Positions 10,881-22,745 of a stretch of DNA of 64,000 bases are shown piece by piece. Within the stretch, counting starts at the first letter, position 1. Every line of letters starts with the position of its first letter. This DNA comes from Octopus sinensis (lineage: Eukaryota): contig NC_042998.1 in the NCBI RefSeq assembly GCF_006345805.1, positions 50,964,001 to 51,028,000 of the forward strand, in the 5' to 3' direction. The notes beneath the pieces were generated by a model. The model was not told the origin of the DNA, searched no databases, and saw only the letters and a list, made by a program, of their open reading frames with translations. Position numbers and translations under genes: made by a program.

Positions 10881-12285
10881 CATCATCATCATCATTTAAC
10901 ATCTACTTTCCATGCTAGGGATCTATTCCATCTCAATCACAGATTTTTTAATAAACTTTTTTTTTAATTAAGCTGTTTGAAACTTCAAATACTAGTAGAA
11001 TTTCTCATGTAGAACATGGTTTACTCTGAATGTTTTTGACAAAATTTCGTATTTTAGAAGTTATTTCATGTTAAAGTTGTCATATTGGTGTAATTTCAAC
11101 CAATCAACAACATGTATTCATTCAAGAAAGCTACTACTGTTTGTGATAGTAATCAAAGAAGAACAACTTCCAGGTCATCTTTGCTAAATGTCACTACTCT
11201 GTTCAAAGAAATGAGATGTATTGTTATTTTCAAGATTTTATCTTACTATAATCAACAACAAACACATTTTATCAATATAAAAGTCTTTATTACATAAAAA
11301 ATAACATTATCAAAACATGAAGGTAAAACAAAACAAATAGTGCCTTATACACTAGAAAATATGGTAATTGTAGTGTTAGTGACAAGTTCGCTCGCTGGTT
11401 GCTAGTTGATAGTGTAGAAAGGAGGGAAAGACTAAGGAATGCATGGTGCTGACTAGAAAGGAAGAAAGGATAAAAGTGACATCATCTTCACTCACCATAT
11501 GAACAGAACAGAGTGGTGACATTTAGTAGAGATGACCCAGAAGTTGTTCCTCTTCAATTACTATCGCAAACAGCAGCAGTTTTCTTGAACTGAATACACA
11601 ACATTGATTGAAATTACCCAAATACAACAACTTTAACACAAAATAACTTCTAAAATACAAAATTTTGTCAAAAATGTTCAGAGTAAACAACGTTCTAAGT
11701 GAGAAATTCTACCAGTATTCGAAGTTTCAGGCTGTTTAGTTAAAAAAATTTGATTTAAAAATCTGTGATTGAGATGGAATAGATCCCATGCTAGCATGGG
11801 TTGGACAGCTTGACTGAGGATTGGTAAGCCTGTAGTCTGCACTAGGCTCCAATCTGATCTGGCAAGGTTTCTACAGCTGGATGCCTTCCTAATGCTGCCC
11901 ACTCCAAGAGTGTAGTGGGTGCTTTTTACATGCCCACCAGCACAGGAGCCTGTCAGGGGGCACTGGCATCAACCACGTTTGGATGGTGCGTTTTATGTGC
12001 CATGGACAAAGGAGCCAGTCAAGGGGCACTGGCATCAACCATGTTTGCATGGTGCTTTTTACATGCCACTGGCATGGCACAGGACCCAGTCAGAGGGCCC
12101 TGGTATTGACCACATCTGGATGGTGCATTTATGTGCCACAAGCACAGGAGCCAGTCATAGGACACTGGCATTGGCCCATGCTCAAATGGTGCTTATTACA
12201 TGCTACCAGCACAGGTGCCAGTCAGGCAGTACTGGCTACAACTATGATTTCAATTTCACCTGACTCAACAGGTCTTCTCAAGCAC
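10881..12285 (-). mobile_element. RTE 3' end (family B) interrupted by the foldback element
   Basis: (CAT)nTTAACATC...TTTCCATGCTA[insert]ATGCTAGCATGGGTTGGAC continues the family B consensus. Confidence 0.8.
10918..11787. mobile_element. foldback/MITE DNA element, 870 bp, ~285 bp inverted arms, 6 bp TSD ATGCTA
   Basis: 31 bp perfect terminal IR GGGATCTATTCCATCTCAATCACAGATTTTT; arms 10918-11204 and 11506-11787; ATGCTA at 10912-10917 and 11788-11793. Confidence 0.9.
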
Positions 12286-12549
12286 ATCATATACATATAT
12301 GTATATATATTGTCAGTAAATCATAAATCTAAGTTATTCTAAGTTATAGAGCAGTGGAGTAATTAGATGAAGATAATTACAGCTGGTCTATGGGGTTACT
12401 CTAGGTTTCATGTCCATAAAGTGCTTAGTGTCACAGCGTCTCTTCAGACCCTAATGGCCAGTGGCCTATAAACCTCTCTTCAAACTTAAAGGAGAAAAGC
12501 TCTTGTGGATGTGAAACCCAGGGTAACCCCATAACTATCTTTATCTAAA

Positions 12550-12855
12550 TCATCATCATCATCATCATTTAGCGTCCGCTTTCCATGTTAGCATGGGTTG
12601 GACGGTTCAACTGGGGTCTGTGAAGTCAGAAGGCTGCTTCAGGCCCAGTCTGATCTGGCAGTGTTTCTACGGCTGGATGCCCTTCCTAATGCCAACCACT
12701 CCGTGAGTGTAGTGGGTGCTTTTTACGTGCCACCCGTATAGGTGCCAGACGGAGCTGGCAGACGGCCACAGATGGATGGTGCTTTTTACGTGCCACCGGC
12801 ACGGGGGCCAGGCGAGGCTGGCAACGGCCAAGATCGGATGGTGCTTTTTACGTGA
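12550..12855 (-). mobile_element. RTE 3' end (family B)
   Basis: (CAT)nTTAGCGTCCGCTTTCCATG...GGATGCCCTTCCTAATGCCAACCAC. Confidence 0.8.
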
Positions 12856-12891
12856 GATAAACATATATATAAATGTATGTATGTATGTATG

Positions 12892-12925
<34 letters not shown>

Positions 12926-13596
12926 TACATATATACACACATACATGCACACATTTACACAGAAGAGTGTTAGCATAAGATGAAGAGAAATAGGTGTGCT
13001 GAACGAAAATAGCTTACAGTATATTTCACCTGAGTTAAGGCTTTTTATGCTTTCATAAAAATAAATAACTGATAAGTTCTGAGATCAACAAAATCAACAA
13101 AAACCGTTCAAGGCAGTACCCCATCATATTCAAAGTTCAATGATTGAGTCCAGTTAAAGAAGAAATTGTTAATTATTAACAACAACCATAATTATTAATG
13201 ATAATTACCTTTTTGATCTACAAAGAACGGGCCATTAGTCTAAGAGCATAAGCGGCTGACATGCAACTTTAAAATACTGAGTTCATTTAAAAGAAAATAT
13301 TCCTCTAACAAAGAGCTTTCCATACTTTTTATGGAAAGAATGCTTTCAATAAAAGTTAATGCTTGAATGCATTTTCCATTGCTGATCACTGAACTGCAAT
13401 GTAGGCATAACAGTTCCAGCCAAAAATGTTACAAGTTCACTTTGCAACCATGTGGTTTTGGTTCAGTCCCATAGCATAGCACCTTGGGCAAGTGGCTTCT
13501 ACTATATCCCTGGGTCAATCAATGTCTTCTGAATGATTTTTGTAGACAGCAACTATGTGGAAGTCTATTATATATTGTATAAAAATATATACAATA

Positions 13597-14050
13597 CGAG
13601 CAAAACGCCCTCCGTCATCCAATGGACAGTGCTGAGTTGTCAAACATTTAAACCAAATTTTCTCAAAACAACTTGTCCAACCGTCCCATAGGCTTCCCTT
13701 TTGACAAATACTGATTTAACCTAAATTTGAGACACCAGCAAAAGAAGAAATAAAGATAAACTTTTTTTCTATTCCAAAGAAAAACGATTTTATTCACACA
13801 AATATGCAACCGAAGAGTTTAAAGTGCCAGTAAGTACATTGCAACAGCTGATGTACTTGCACGTACAAATGCACGTTCCCACGGCTTTATCGATTGCATT
13901 CTCACCTGGAATCGATTTTTGTAATCTTTCCAAGACTTATTCATGCCCTGATACAGTCGATATCTACATATCGAATTTGAGCACAATCGGATGCAGGATG
14001 CCCGAGACCCTAGAAGACACACACACAGACAGAAGAATAGATTTTATATA
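13597..14050 (-). mobile_element. probable non-autonomous Helitron-like element
   Basis: Same layout as the reversed G1 copy at 47015-47406 (AATACGAGCAAAACGCCC...CACACACAGACAG...TTTTATATA) but a different body; terminus CTCG rather than CTAG. Confidence 0.4.
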
Positions 14051-14074
14051 CAATATATATTGTATATATTATAT

Positions 14075-14500
14075 ACAAGATATATTGTATATAAAGGGTG
14101 CAGCATCGCACCAATAACCAGCTGGTGGAAGATCTGCTTGGGGTTAAATTAGTAGTAACAAGGAACAGACTTTACTTGTTAGTATAGTTACTACTCTGAT
14201 CTCTTCTTGAGATTTTACAACTAGCTATTTTGCTTGTTGCAAATCAGATGGTCGCCTTGTTTACAATATATTGCTGACTGGAGCAGACCCTGGCTATCAC
14301 TCTAGTGACCAGGTACCCGTGACTAAGGATGAGCCTGCCAGCTTGAAACTAAGTCAGTTTTGTGATCCTGTTGTCTACTAGGAGATAGTAGGGTTCGCTG
14401 CCCCTGCTAGCAATATATATTGTATATAAAGGGTGCAGTGTCATAGCAGTAACCAGCTATGAGCAACTGCCTGAGGTTAAACTAGTTGTAGCATGGAACA
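14075..14500 (+). repeat. family H locus 2: ~1.3 tandem monomers, ~335 bp period
   Basis: TATATTGTATATAAAGGGTGCAG...TAACCAGCT...GGTTAAA repeats at ~14081 and ~14416; shares AACTAGCTA.TTTGCTTGTTGCAA and ATATATTGC..GGAG with locus 1. Confidence 0.75.
14322..14359 (+). ncRNA. degenerate hammerhead ribozyme motif
   Basis: CTAAGGA-T-GAGC(CTGCCA)GCTT-GAA-ACTAAGT-C: G5>A, 4 bp stem II, near-palindromic stem III, GUC; stem I not recognisable. Confidence 0.5.
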
Positions 14501-14566
14501 GTCACTTTGATGTAGTGATTGACTTTACTTATATATATATATATGAATATATATATATGTGTATGA

Positions 14567-14659
<93 letters not shown>

Positions 14660-14663
<4 letters not shown>

Positions 14664-14870
14664 GACCCCCTTCAGTCATGAATGACCATGGGATTGCACC
14701 TAGAAAGTTACCCTCTGAGGCACCAGTCTGGGCAAGGTTGTTTATAGAAGACCAACAGTCGCCCATGCATACCAGCCTCTCCTCTCCTCACCACTGATTT
14801 TATCCAAGTGAAAGGCAAAGGCTGATACAGCTTGGCACCAATGATGTCGCAGCTCATTTATTAACATGCA
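14660..14870 (-). mobile_element. SINE family D (3' part)
   Basis: Reverse complement of 25200-25410. Confidence 0.7.
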
Positions 14871-15244
14871 AGTGGCTGAGCACTCCACAGTCACGTGTAC
14901 CCTTAATGTAGTTCTAGGGGAAATTCAGCGTGACACAGTATGACAAGCCCACCCTTTGAAATACAGATACAACAGAAACAGGAAGAAAGAGTGAAAGTTG
15001 TGGTGAAAGAGTACAGCAGGGTTCACCACCATGATGGGGAGCTGAAAAGTGCCTGGCTTTAAGGGTATCACAAAAGGCCAGGTTGGAGGCCCAACCTTCC
15101 AAGTTCTTTAACAGGGCTTAGAAAAGCTGAAAGGCAACTACAATAAGTGTGTGAATCCGAGAGGGGTTAACAGGGAAAATACTCTTTGCATGTGGCAGGA
15201 GCACATGTACAATAAATACTAGAAATGTGGGGATACCTAAAACT

Positions 15245-16320
15245 AGTTGATAGCTTCTGTTATCTAGGTGACCAAGTCAGCAGTGGAGGCAGATACTCCA
15301 AGAGCATAGCTGTTAGAAGAATAGGCTGGAGAAGGTTCAGAGAGCTCCTACCTCTGCTGGTAACTCTCCCTCAGAGTGAAAGGCAGATTGTATGATGTCT
15401 GTGTGCAAACAGCCATACTACATAGCAGTGAAACATGGGCTGTGACTATGGAGGACATCAGTAGGCTTGAAAGAAATTAATCTAATATGCTTTGCTGGAT
15501 GTGCAATGTCAGTGTGCATGTATGATAGTGTAAGCATCTTGAGGGAAAAGTTGGGCATAGGAGGCATTGGATGTGGTGTGCAAGAGAGACGACTGCATTG
15601 GTATGGGCATGTGATGCATATGGGTGAAGACAGCTGTGTAAAGAAGTGCTGATTTCTTATTTCTTTATTGCCCACAAAGGGCCAAACATAGAGGGGACAA
15701 ACAAGGACAGGCAAATGAATTAAGTCAATTATATCGACCCCAGTGCGCAACTGGTACTTAATTTATTGACCCAGAAAGGATGAAAGGCAAAGTCAACCTC
15801 AGCGGAATTTGAACTCAGAACATAGTGGCAGATAATATATGGCTACGCATTTTGCCCAGCGTGCTAACGTTTCTGCCAGCTCGCCGCTGATTTCTGACTG
15901 CTGGGGGAACCCATGGAAGGGGTAGATCCAGAAAGACTTGGGATGGGGTGGCAAAGTATGATCGCTGAATGTTGGGCCTCACAAAGGCAATGACAAGTGA
16001 CTGAGACCTTTGGTAATATGCTGTGCTTGAGAGGACTCATCAAGCCAAATGAAATTATAACCATGGCCATTGCCAGTGTCATGTGACTGGCACCCATGCT
16101 AGTGGCACATAAAAGCACCCATGCCAGTAGAATATTAAAAGCACCCATTACACACTTGGAGTGGTTGGCATTGGGAAGGGCATCCAGCTATAGAAACCAT
16201 GCCAAACCAGACTGAAATGTGGTACAGTTCTCTGGTTTGCCAATTCCAGCCAAATCATCTAACCTATGCCAGCATGGAAAGCAGATGCTAAATGATGATG
16301 ATGATGATGATGATGATGAT
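15245..16320 (+). mobile_element. 5'-truncated RTE LINE (RT C-terminus plus 3'UTR) interrupted by SINE C
   Basis: DSFCYLGDQ...GWRRFRELLPLL...GRLYDVCV...SETWAV...RLHWYGHV; (GAT)n tail at ~16293-16320. Confidence 0.8.
15658..15885 (-). mobile_element. SINE family C with ~10 bp TSD
   Basis: GCTGATTTCT at 15648-15657 and 15886-15895. Confidence 0.85.
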
Positions 16321-16914
16321 ATATTATTAGCAATGGAAGAAGTATTAATATGAATAAGTAATGTTTATATCCAGCATAATGTGGATGCCTAGTTGGAACA
16401 TCAAATACTGTGTTATTAGCCTTGAGAGATTCTCACATATAGATACTTAGTGCATAAATGCACACACACAGATCATAGCTGATGAGAACCAGCTGTCATG
16501 GACTTCAAAACTCACCATATCATGCGATTTCATTCTACTAGAAATCAGCAGTGGACATAAAGATTACTTCTGGTATTAAAACTTCTTCCATCACTAATAA
16601 TTTTTAATAAGCCTGCTGGCTGTTTGTGGCATCAGTGTCTGGAAAGATACTGATATACTATATATCATAGCAGCAAGATTTGACTGGTAAGCTTTCACTG
16701 TAGCCTTCCGCTGATGGCTTCCAATAGAATGAAATCACATGATATGGGGGTTTTAACACCCATGACACGTGGTCCTTGTCTGCTACAATCTATGTATGCA
16801 CTTTTATGCATCAAGTGCCAATATGAGAGAGTCTTTTGGGGCTAATAATGCAGTATTTGGTGTTTTAACAAGACATCTATATTAAGTTGAATATAAGAGT
16901 AAAGGATAAAGATA

Positions 16915-17240
16915 TCCTTTAATCATGAATGACCATGGGATTGCACCTTGAAAGTTCCCCGCCTAAGCACAAATCTGGATATGGCTGCTTAAGAAAGACC
17001 AACGGTCGCCCATGCATACCAGCCTTCCCTCTCCACATCCCCAATGTTGTCCAAGAGAAAGGCAAAGGCTGATACACTTTGGCACCAGTGATGTTGCAAC
17101 TCATTTCTACAGCTGAGTTAACTGGAGCAACGTGAAATAAAGTGTCTTGCTCAAGAACACAACACAGCCCAGTCCAGGAATCAAACTCACTACTTCATGA
17201 TTTGAGGCCAATACTCTAACCACTGAGCCATGCATCTTCT
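16915..17240 (-). mobile_element. SINE family D
   Basis: Reverse complement of 25070-25410. Confidence 0.75.
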
Positions 17241-17254
17241 CTATGCACTATGTT

Positions 17255-17472
17255 AACCCTTTTCATACTAACCTGCCTCGGGTCACCCCAGATTCTATGA
17301 TACAAACTTTATATCTAAATTAGAACCTCCCATTGAAATTTTATGTTTATATATGTTCCAAAAACCAGCTTGACAATGGCAAAGTTATTGTACTAAATTC
17401 TTCATTATTTTCAAAATTAAATGAAAGAAAGATAGAGTTTTTCAAAAGAAATACAGCAAGAAACGGATTAAA
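17255..17472 (+). mobile_element. piggyBac-like MITE
   Basis: Starts TTAACCCTTTT; body homologous to 21868-22444, 52150-52365 and 57480-57612. Confidence 0.55.
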
Positions 17473-18351
17473 AATATAATTTCTAATTAATTTGTTTTGG
17501 TGCTTCACAACCTGAGTTTAAATCCCACAAAAGTTAATTTTGTCTTTCGTCCCTTCAGGATGAAAAAATATCAGTGCAGTACTGGAGCTGATGTCATTGA
17601 CTAAGCTCATCTCCACAATTGTGTGATTAAAGCAAACAGCTTAAGTAGATAGCCATGCCTCACTTCTGCAAATACCTTGATTCATATCTAAAGCTCTTTC
17701 ACAGTCACAGTTTAGGCACAGACATGGCTGTATGGTAAGAACCATATGCTTCTGGGTGCCATGCAGTGAGAATGAACCCAGAACCATGTGGTTAGGAAGC
17801 AAACTTCTTTTGCCTAAGCTGGAAATTATCAAGATTAGCATAATCCTTAAATCACTGGACAATATGTCTTACAGTGTATATTTTGGCTCTTCACATTCTG
17901 AGTTCAAGTTCACCAAGGTTTGCTTTGCCTTTTATTCCTTCAAGGGCAACAAAATAATATACCGATCAAATATAGGATTTGTTTTAATTGATTAAACCCT
18001 TTCCTCCTCCCCAAATCTAGGCCTTGTGCTTGTGTCAGAATTTTTCATATTTTTTTCTACTGGTTTTAGTCATTTAGCAGTTTCCTTGGCAGTTTTATTC
18101 AATTAGAATTGACCACAGTATTTTGTCTGCTATGTATATTTGTGACCTTTGGAGGACGCCAAGACATAAATTTGACTGAACGTTAAGGAACATAATCAGA
18201 GACAGACCAAAATCATCATTATTTTATGCTTGGTTTCCTCACAAGCATGGTTTGGACTGTAAGTCACAGCTTCAATCCATTTCTACTTGGAATGACCATG
18301 GTTCTTGACAGGATCTCAAAGACTGGTGGGAGGAAGGAACAATGATATCTT

Positions 18352-18775
18352 GAACTCTTTAGCATTTATACCGGCCATATCTGGCCCAAATACTCTACCT
18401 GATTTGTGCCCCAAACTGCCCATATCAGGCCTCTCACACTTACCCTACAATTTCATTGTAAAAATAAACAGTCACAGCACTGAAATTTTGAAGCTACAAG
18501 ATAATACATGATTAATTCAAAACAAAGTGAATAAATAAGCATTACATTTGACCCTTTCGTTACTGTATTTATTTTGAGATGCTCTGTGTTTCTTTCAATT
18601 ACTTTAAATATAACAAAGAATTTAGTAAAATAACTTAGTTATCATTCAGCTAGTGTTAGGAACATAAATTGTGACTAAGTTTGGTGGAAGATTTTAATTC
18701 AAAACTTATGAAAACGAGATATTTGTACTACAGAGCCAGAGCTGGTTTCAGCTGGATTAGTAACGAAAGGGTTAA
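18352..18775. mobile_element. two abutting piggyBac-like MITEs
   Basis: 18352-18551 is a reversed copy of the 35161-36416 family; 18552-18771 has TIRs CCCTTTCGTTACT / AGTAACGAAAGGG followed by TTAA. Confidence 0.65.
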
Positions 18776-19216
18776 AGGAGTAAAATGAATGCTAAAAGGT
18801 TAAACCAAAGATCTGGCTTGAATACTAGCAACAGAGTGGACTCCACCAAAGGTATTCCAGGTGCCAGGTGGTTGTGTTAAACTGGACAATTTGCACTCAG
18901 AATGAGAGTAAAAAGAAAAAGGACAAATACTGCTAGGTAACTGGATGTTCTTACAGTTTTACAAATCCAGTGTTTGAAATGCTGTGTTTTTTTTTTCAAT
19001 CCTGAAAGATGAACAGCAAAGGTGATTCTCCCAGACATGCTGGAGTAGCAAAAATTATTTTCACATAATTCAGAAATTTTGCTCTGCTATGCCAGTGTAC
19101 ACAATTTGTTAGTAATAATGAATTTTAATTTTACCATTTAAATCAACATGAAATTAAATTAGATTAAATTGTCAAATGTGTAAAAGAATTTAAATTAAAA
19201 ATAGATTATATCTCAC

Positions 19217-19257
19217 CAACTTCATATTTACAACTAGCTAAGGAAACACTCAACCAT
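19217..19257 (-). CDS. TTLL6: 41 nt coding exon (phase 2 to 1) of the TTLL6/TTLL13-type gene
   Basis: Long polypyrimidine acceptor TTTTTTCTTTCTTTTTGTTTTTTTCTTTTCAG, then A TGG TTG AGT GTT TCC TTA GCT AGT TGT AAA TAT GAA GTT G, donor GTGAGA. WLSVSLASCKYEVV matches TTLL6/13 (L.INL..C[KR]YESV) and is phase-compatible with 3404-3522. Confidence 0.9.
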
Positions 19258-19489
19258 CTGAAAAGAAAAAAACAAAAAGAAAGAAAAAAATCTAATATTC
19301 AGCCATTTTATTTTATTTCACATTTTCATATATTAAATTTCATCTTTCGATTCTGTCATATATTGTTTGGCTTTACAAAATTAAGCATTTGTATATACTG
19401 TGCTTATTAAAATAGGTGGAAGTACAGTAGAATGAAAAAAGGTTAAACCAGTAATGACAGTGAAACTGATGTTGATGCTGATGATCGAC

Positions 19490-19700
19490 CGATCATGACT
19501 GGCAAGGTGAACGGCAGACGTAAAAGAGGAAGAAGACCACCCACTTCTTGGCTGAAAGACATCACAGCTACAGATTGTCTTTATTCTCAGCTGTCCATGG
19601 GGTAGAGGACAGGAGAAGGTGGCATGACATCGTGATGACCACAGCATCACACAGTGCGACACCTGACTAGGATGATGATGATGATGATGATGCGGATGAT
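19490..19700 (+). mobile_element. RTE LINE 3' end, second family
   Basis: IMTGKVNGRRKRGR.PTSWLKDI...EDRRRWHDIV, then (GAT)n tail. Confidence 0.65.
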
Positions 19701-19909
19701 GGTGATAGTGAAAATTTGGCAATAGATGTTGTTGTTTAACCCAACGTCAGCCATAATCAAGCATTAAAAGTCATTCAATGTTTTAGTTGAACACAGAGCA
19801 TCTAGGTCAAGACTACATTACCTAATAAGACCTTTTTTCTTTTTTTTTGTTTAATCCTTTAATGTCCATGTTCCATTTTGGCATGAGTTGGATGGCTTGA
19901 CAGGTTCTC

Positions 19910-20316
19910 TTTTAACTCTTTTACTCTTTTATTTGCTTCAGTCATTTGACTGCGGTCATGCTGGAGCACCGCCTTTCGTCGAGCAAATCGACCCCAGGAC
20001 TTATTCTTTGTAAGCCTAGTACTTATTCTATCGGCATCTTTTGCCGAACCGCTAAGTTACGGGGATGTAAACACACCAGCATCGGTTGTCAAGCAATGTT
20101 GGGGTGGATGAACACAGACACACAAACACACATATATATATACATATACATATATACGACGGGCTTCTTTCAGTTTCCGTCTGCCAAATCTACTCACAAG
20201 GCTTTGGTCGGCCCGAGGCTATAGTAGAAGAAACTTGCCCAAGGTGCCACGCAGTGGGACTGAACCCGGAACTATGTGGTTGATAAGCAAGCTACTTACC
20301 ACAACAAGCCACTCCT
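19910..20316 (-). mobile_element. SINE family A
   Basis: Near-consensus reverse copy. Confidence 0.85.
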
Positions 20317-20321
20317 GTTGT

Positions 20322-21218
20322 AAAAAATATATGTTAGCAACAGAGGCATTATTAATATCGAGAAGTAATATTTATCAGCACTTAAATGTGGATGTTCTGT
20401 TAGAACAAACTATACTGCAGTTGATACCATGAGAGAAACTCTGATATTGGCTTTTGGTGCAGAATGCATGCTTGTTTATAACGCTAGTAGGAAGATAAAT
20501 CCCTGCCGCCTCCAGCACTGACTCTACCCTAGCATGACCACGTGATCTGGTGGTTTCGGTGCTGGAGTTAGCAGAGATTCATCTTCTTTCGAGTGTGGGC
20601 CCTATGGAGGCAATGATGAATGACCAAGACCTTTGGTATTGTGCTGCGCTTGAGAAGAAGACCCATCAAGCCAAGTAAAATCACAGTCGTGGCAGATACC
20701 AGTGCCACACAAATGGCATCTGTGCCAGTGGCATGTAAAAGCACCCATCTCCCTGCTAGCAATATAAACAAGAGTGCATTTTGCACCAAAAGCTTATATG
20801 AGAGTTTCTCTTATGTATCTACTGCAGTATGGTTTGTTCTAACAAAACATCTACGTTCAAGTGGGAATAAATATTATTTCTCGGTATTAATACTGCCTCT
20901 GTCACTAATATATATTTTTTAACAAACTAACTGGCTAATTGCGATACCAGTGCCCATTTTGGATGAGTTGCTGCTATCTCTAGTGGTTGAGCAACCATCA
21001 GTGATGAGACCAAAGAAAGTCGAAATCATGTGGTCTTGGTGCTGGATTTGGAGGGTAGTGAGGTTATGTAGCCTTGCTTCGGTTGAGAGTAAATAATATA
21101 AATTTTGTCCAATTGTAAAAAAGACCATATGAGAGTTTCTCTCATGTTATCTATCACAATACAGTTTGTTTTAACAGAACATCTGCATTTAAGTGGGGAT
21201 AAATATTATTTCTCGGGA
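20322..21218. repeat. family H locus 3: inverted partial monomer (20322-20560), RTE fragment (20590-20745), then more than one direct monomer (20748-21218, 331 bp period)
   Basis: ATATGAGAGTTTCTC at 20796 and 21127; 20322-20460 is the reverse complement of ~20780-20925; shares CCCTGCTAGCAATATA and an AACTA.CTGGCTAATTGC-like motif with loci 1 and 2. Confidence 0.7.
20994..21041 (+). ncRNA. degenerate minimal type I hammerhead ribozyme motif
   Basis: CATCA-GTGATGA-GAC(CAAAGAAA)GTC-GAA-ATCATGTGGT-C-TTGGTG: only C3 altered in the core, G-C closed stem II, quasi-palindromic stem III, GUC, stem I with one bulge. Confidence 0.65.
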
Positions 21219-21867
21219 TCTGTATCCAAGGACTACATTGAGCTCCAGTGTCTGTTGTGACATGGGTTTTACGGCTGTCTTTTATTCCTCCAAAGACAAA
21301 ATAAAATACCAGTTAGATATTGGGTTGTTTTAATTGACTAAACCTCCTCCCTTTAAACGACAAGGAAATGAAATTAAATCTCTCCAGGTCATCCAGTGTT
21401 TTAGATCACCACAGAGGATCTAGGTCAAGACTATATTCCAAAAATGATCTTAAATATCTACCAAAAAATAGAATTGGTATCTTCTGCAAGTCATGTAACC
21501 TCAGTAAACTTGACATGTCAAGGTAGTGAGCTGGCAGAAACGTTAGCATGCTGGGCAAAATGCTTAGCAGTATTTCATTTGTCTTTATGTTCTAAGTTGA
21601 AATTCTGCCAAGGTCGACTTTACCTTTCATCCTTTCAGGGTTGATAAATTAAGTAACAGTTGCATACTGGGAGTCGATCTAATCGACTGCTCCCCCTCCC
21701 CCCAAAATTTCAGGCCATGTGTCTAGAGTAGAAAAAAATAAACTCAACAACAACAGTGTCAAACACGATATTCCTCAACAAAACATAGATTAGTGTATAA
21801 AACTGCTTTCCACATGGTAATGAAATTTTGGGCGGATGTATCTGATTTTCACAGCGCAAAGATTAAA

Positions 21868-22444
21868 TGTTTTGACATCAACCAACTTGAGACAGCCCCA
21901 GTTCTATGATACAAACTTCCTGTTTTAAAGTGATCTAAATTAAAGGTTGCAAGACGCAATGAAAATTTTAGGAACATAAAGATAAAAAATAAGTGGAAAT
22001 TTTACCGGTGAGTGTGTTACATTATAAGGCACAAAAAGAAAATGACTCTCTCCAGACACAACTAAATTAAAACCTTCTATCAAAATTTCATGTTAATTTA
22101 TGCCTTAAACACCAGTTTTAAATAATCTTTTCTATTCTAGGCACAAGGCCCAAAATTTTTTGGGAGTGGAGCCAGTTGATTAGATAGACCCCAGTACACA
22201 ACTGGTATTTAATTTATCGACCCCAAAAGGATGAAAGGCAAAATCAACCAGAATCTGAACTCAGAACGTAAAGACAAATGAAATACCATGCAGCATTTCA
22301 CTTGGCGTGCTAATGGTTCTGCCAGCTCCCCTCCTTCCCAATTTTAAATAATGACAAAGTTATTTTAATTAATTCGTCATTATTTTCAAAATTAACTGAA
22401 ACAGGTAGTGTACTTCAATGGAAATATGGTAACAAGAGAGTTAA
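21868..22444 (+). mobile_element. piggyBac-like MITE carrying two insertions (117 bp unknown element; SINE C)
   Basis: TSD CTAAATTAAA at 21935-21944 and 22062-22071; TSD TTTAAATAAT at 22117-22126 and 22343-22352; ends GAGAGTTAA. Confidence 0.65.
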
Positions 22445-22489
22445 AGTGGAAGATGAGATTTGAGAGGTTTAGTTGCAATTTCTAACATA

Positions 22490-22745
22490 TCAAATGAGGC
22501 ATTTAGTAACAGACCATCGTAAGCACCTCTCTGAGTCACTGATGTTATCCAAGAGAAAGGCAAAGGCCAATACAGCTTGGCATCAGTGACATCACAACTG
22601 ATTTCTACAGCTGAGTGTGAACTGGAGCAATGTGAAATAAAGTGTCTTGCCCAAGAACACAACACACAGCCCGATCTGAGAATTGAACTCACTACCTCAT
22701 GATTGTGAGCCCAATGCTCTAACCACTGAGCCATGCATCTTCACA
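22490..22745 (-). mobile_element. SINE family D
   Basis: Reverse-complement tRNA-like head GCATGGCTCAGTGGTTAGAGCATTGGGCTCAC. Confidence 0.75.

Noticed and set aside
16489-16525. CTGATGAG...TTCAAAAC hammerhead-like string
   Set aside because: No stem III or NUH site, irregular stem II, not in a family H monomer.
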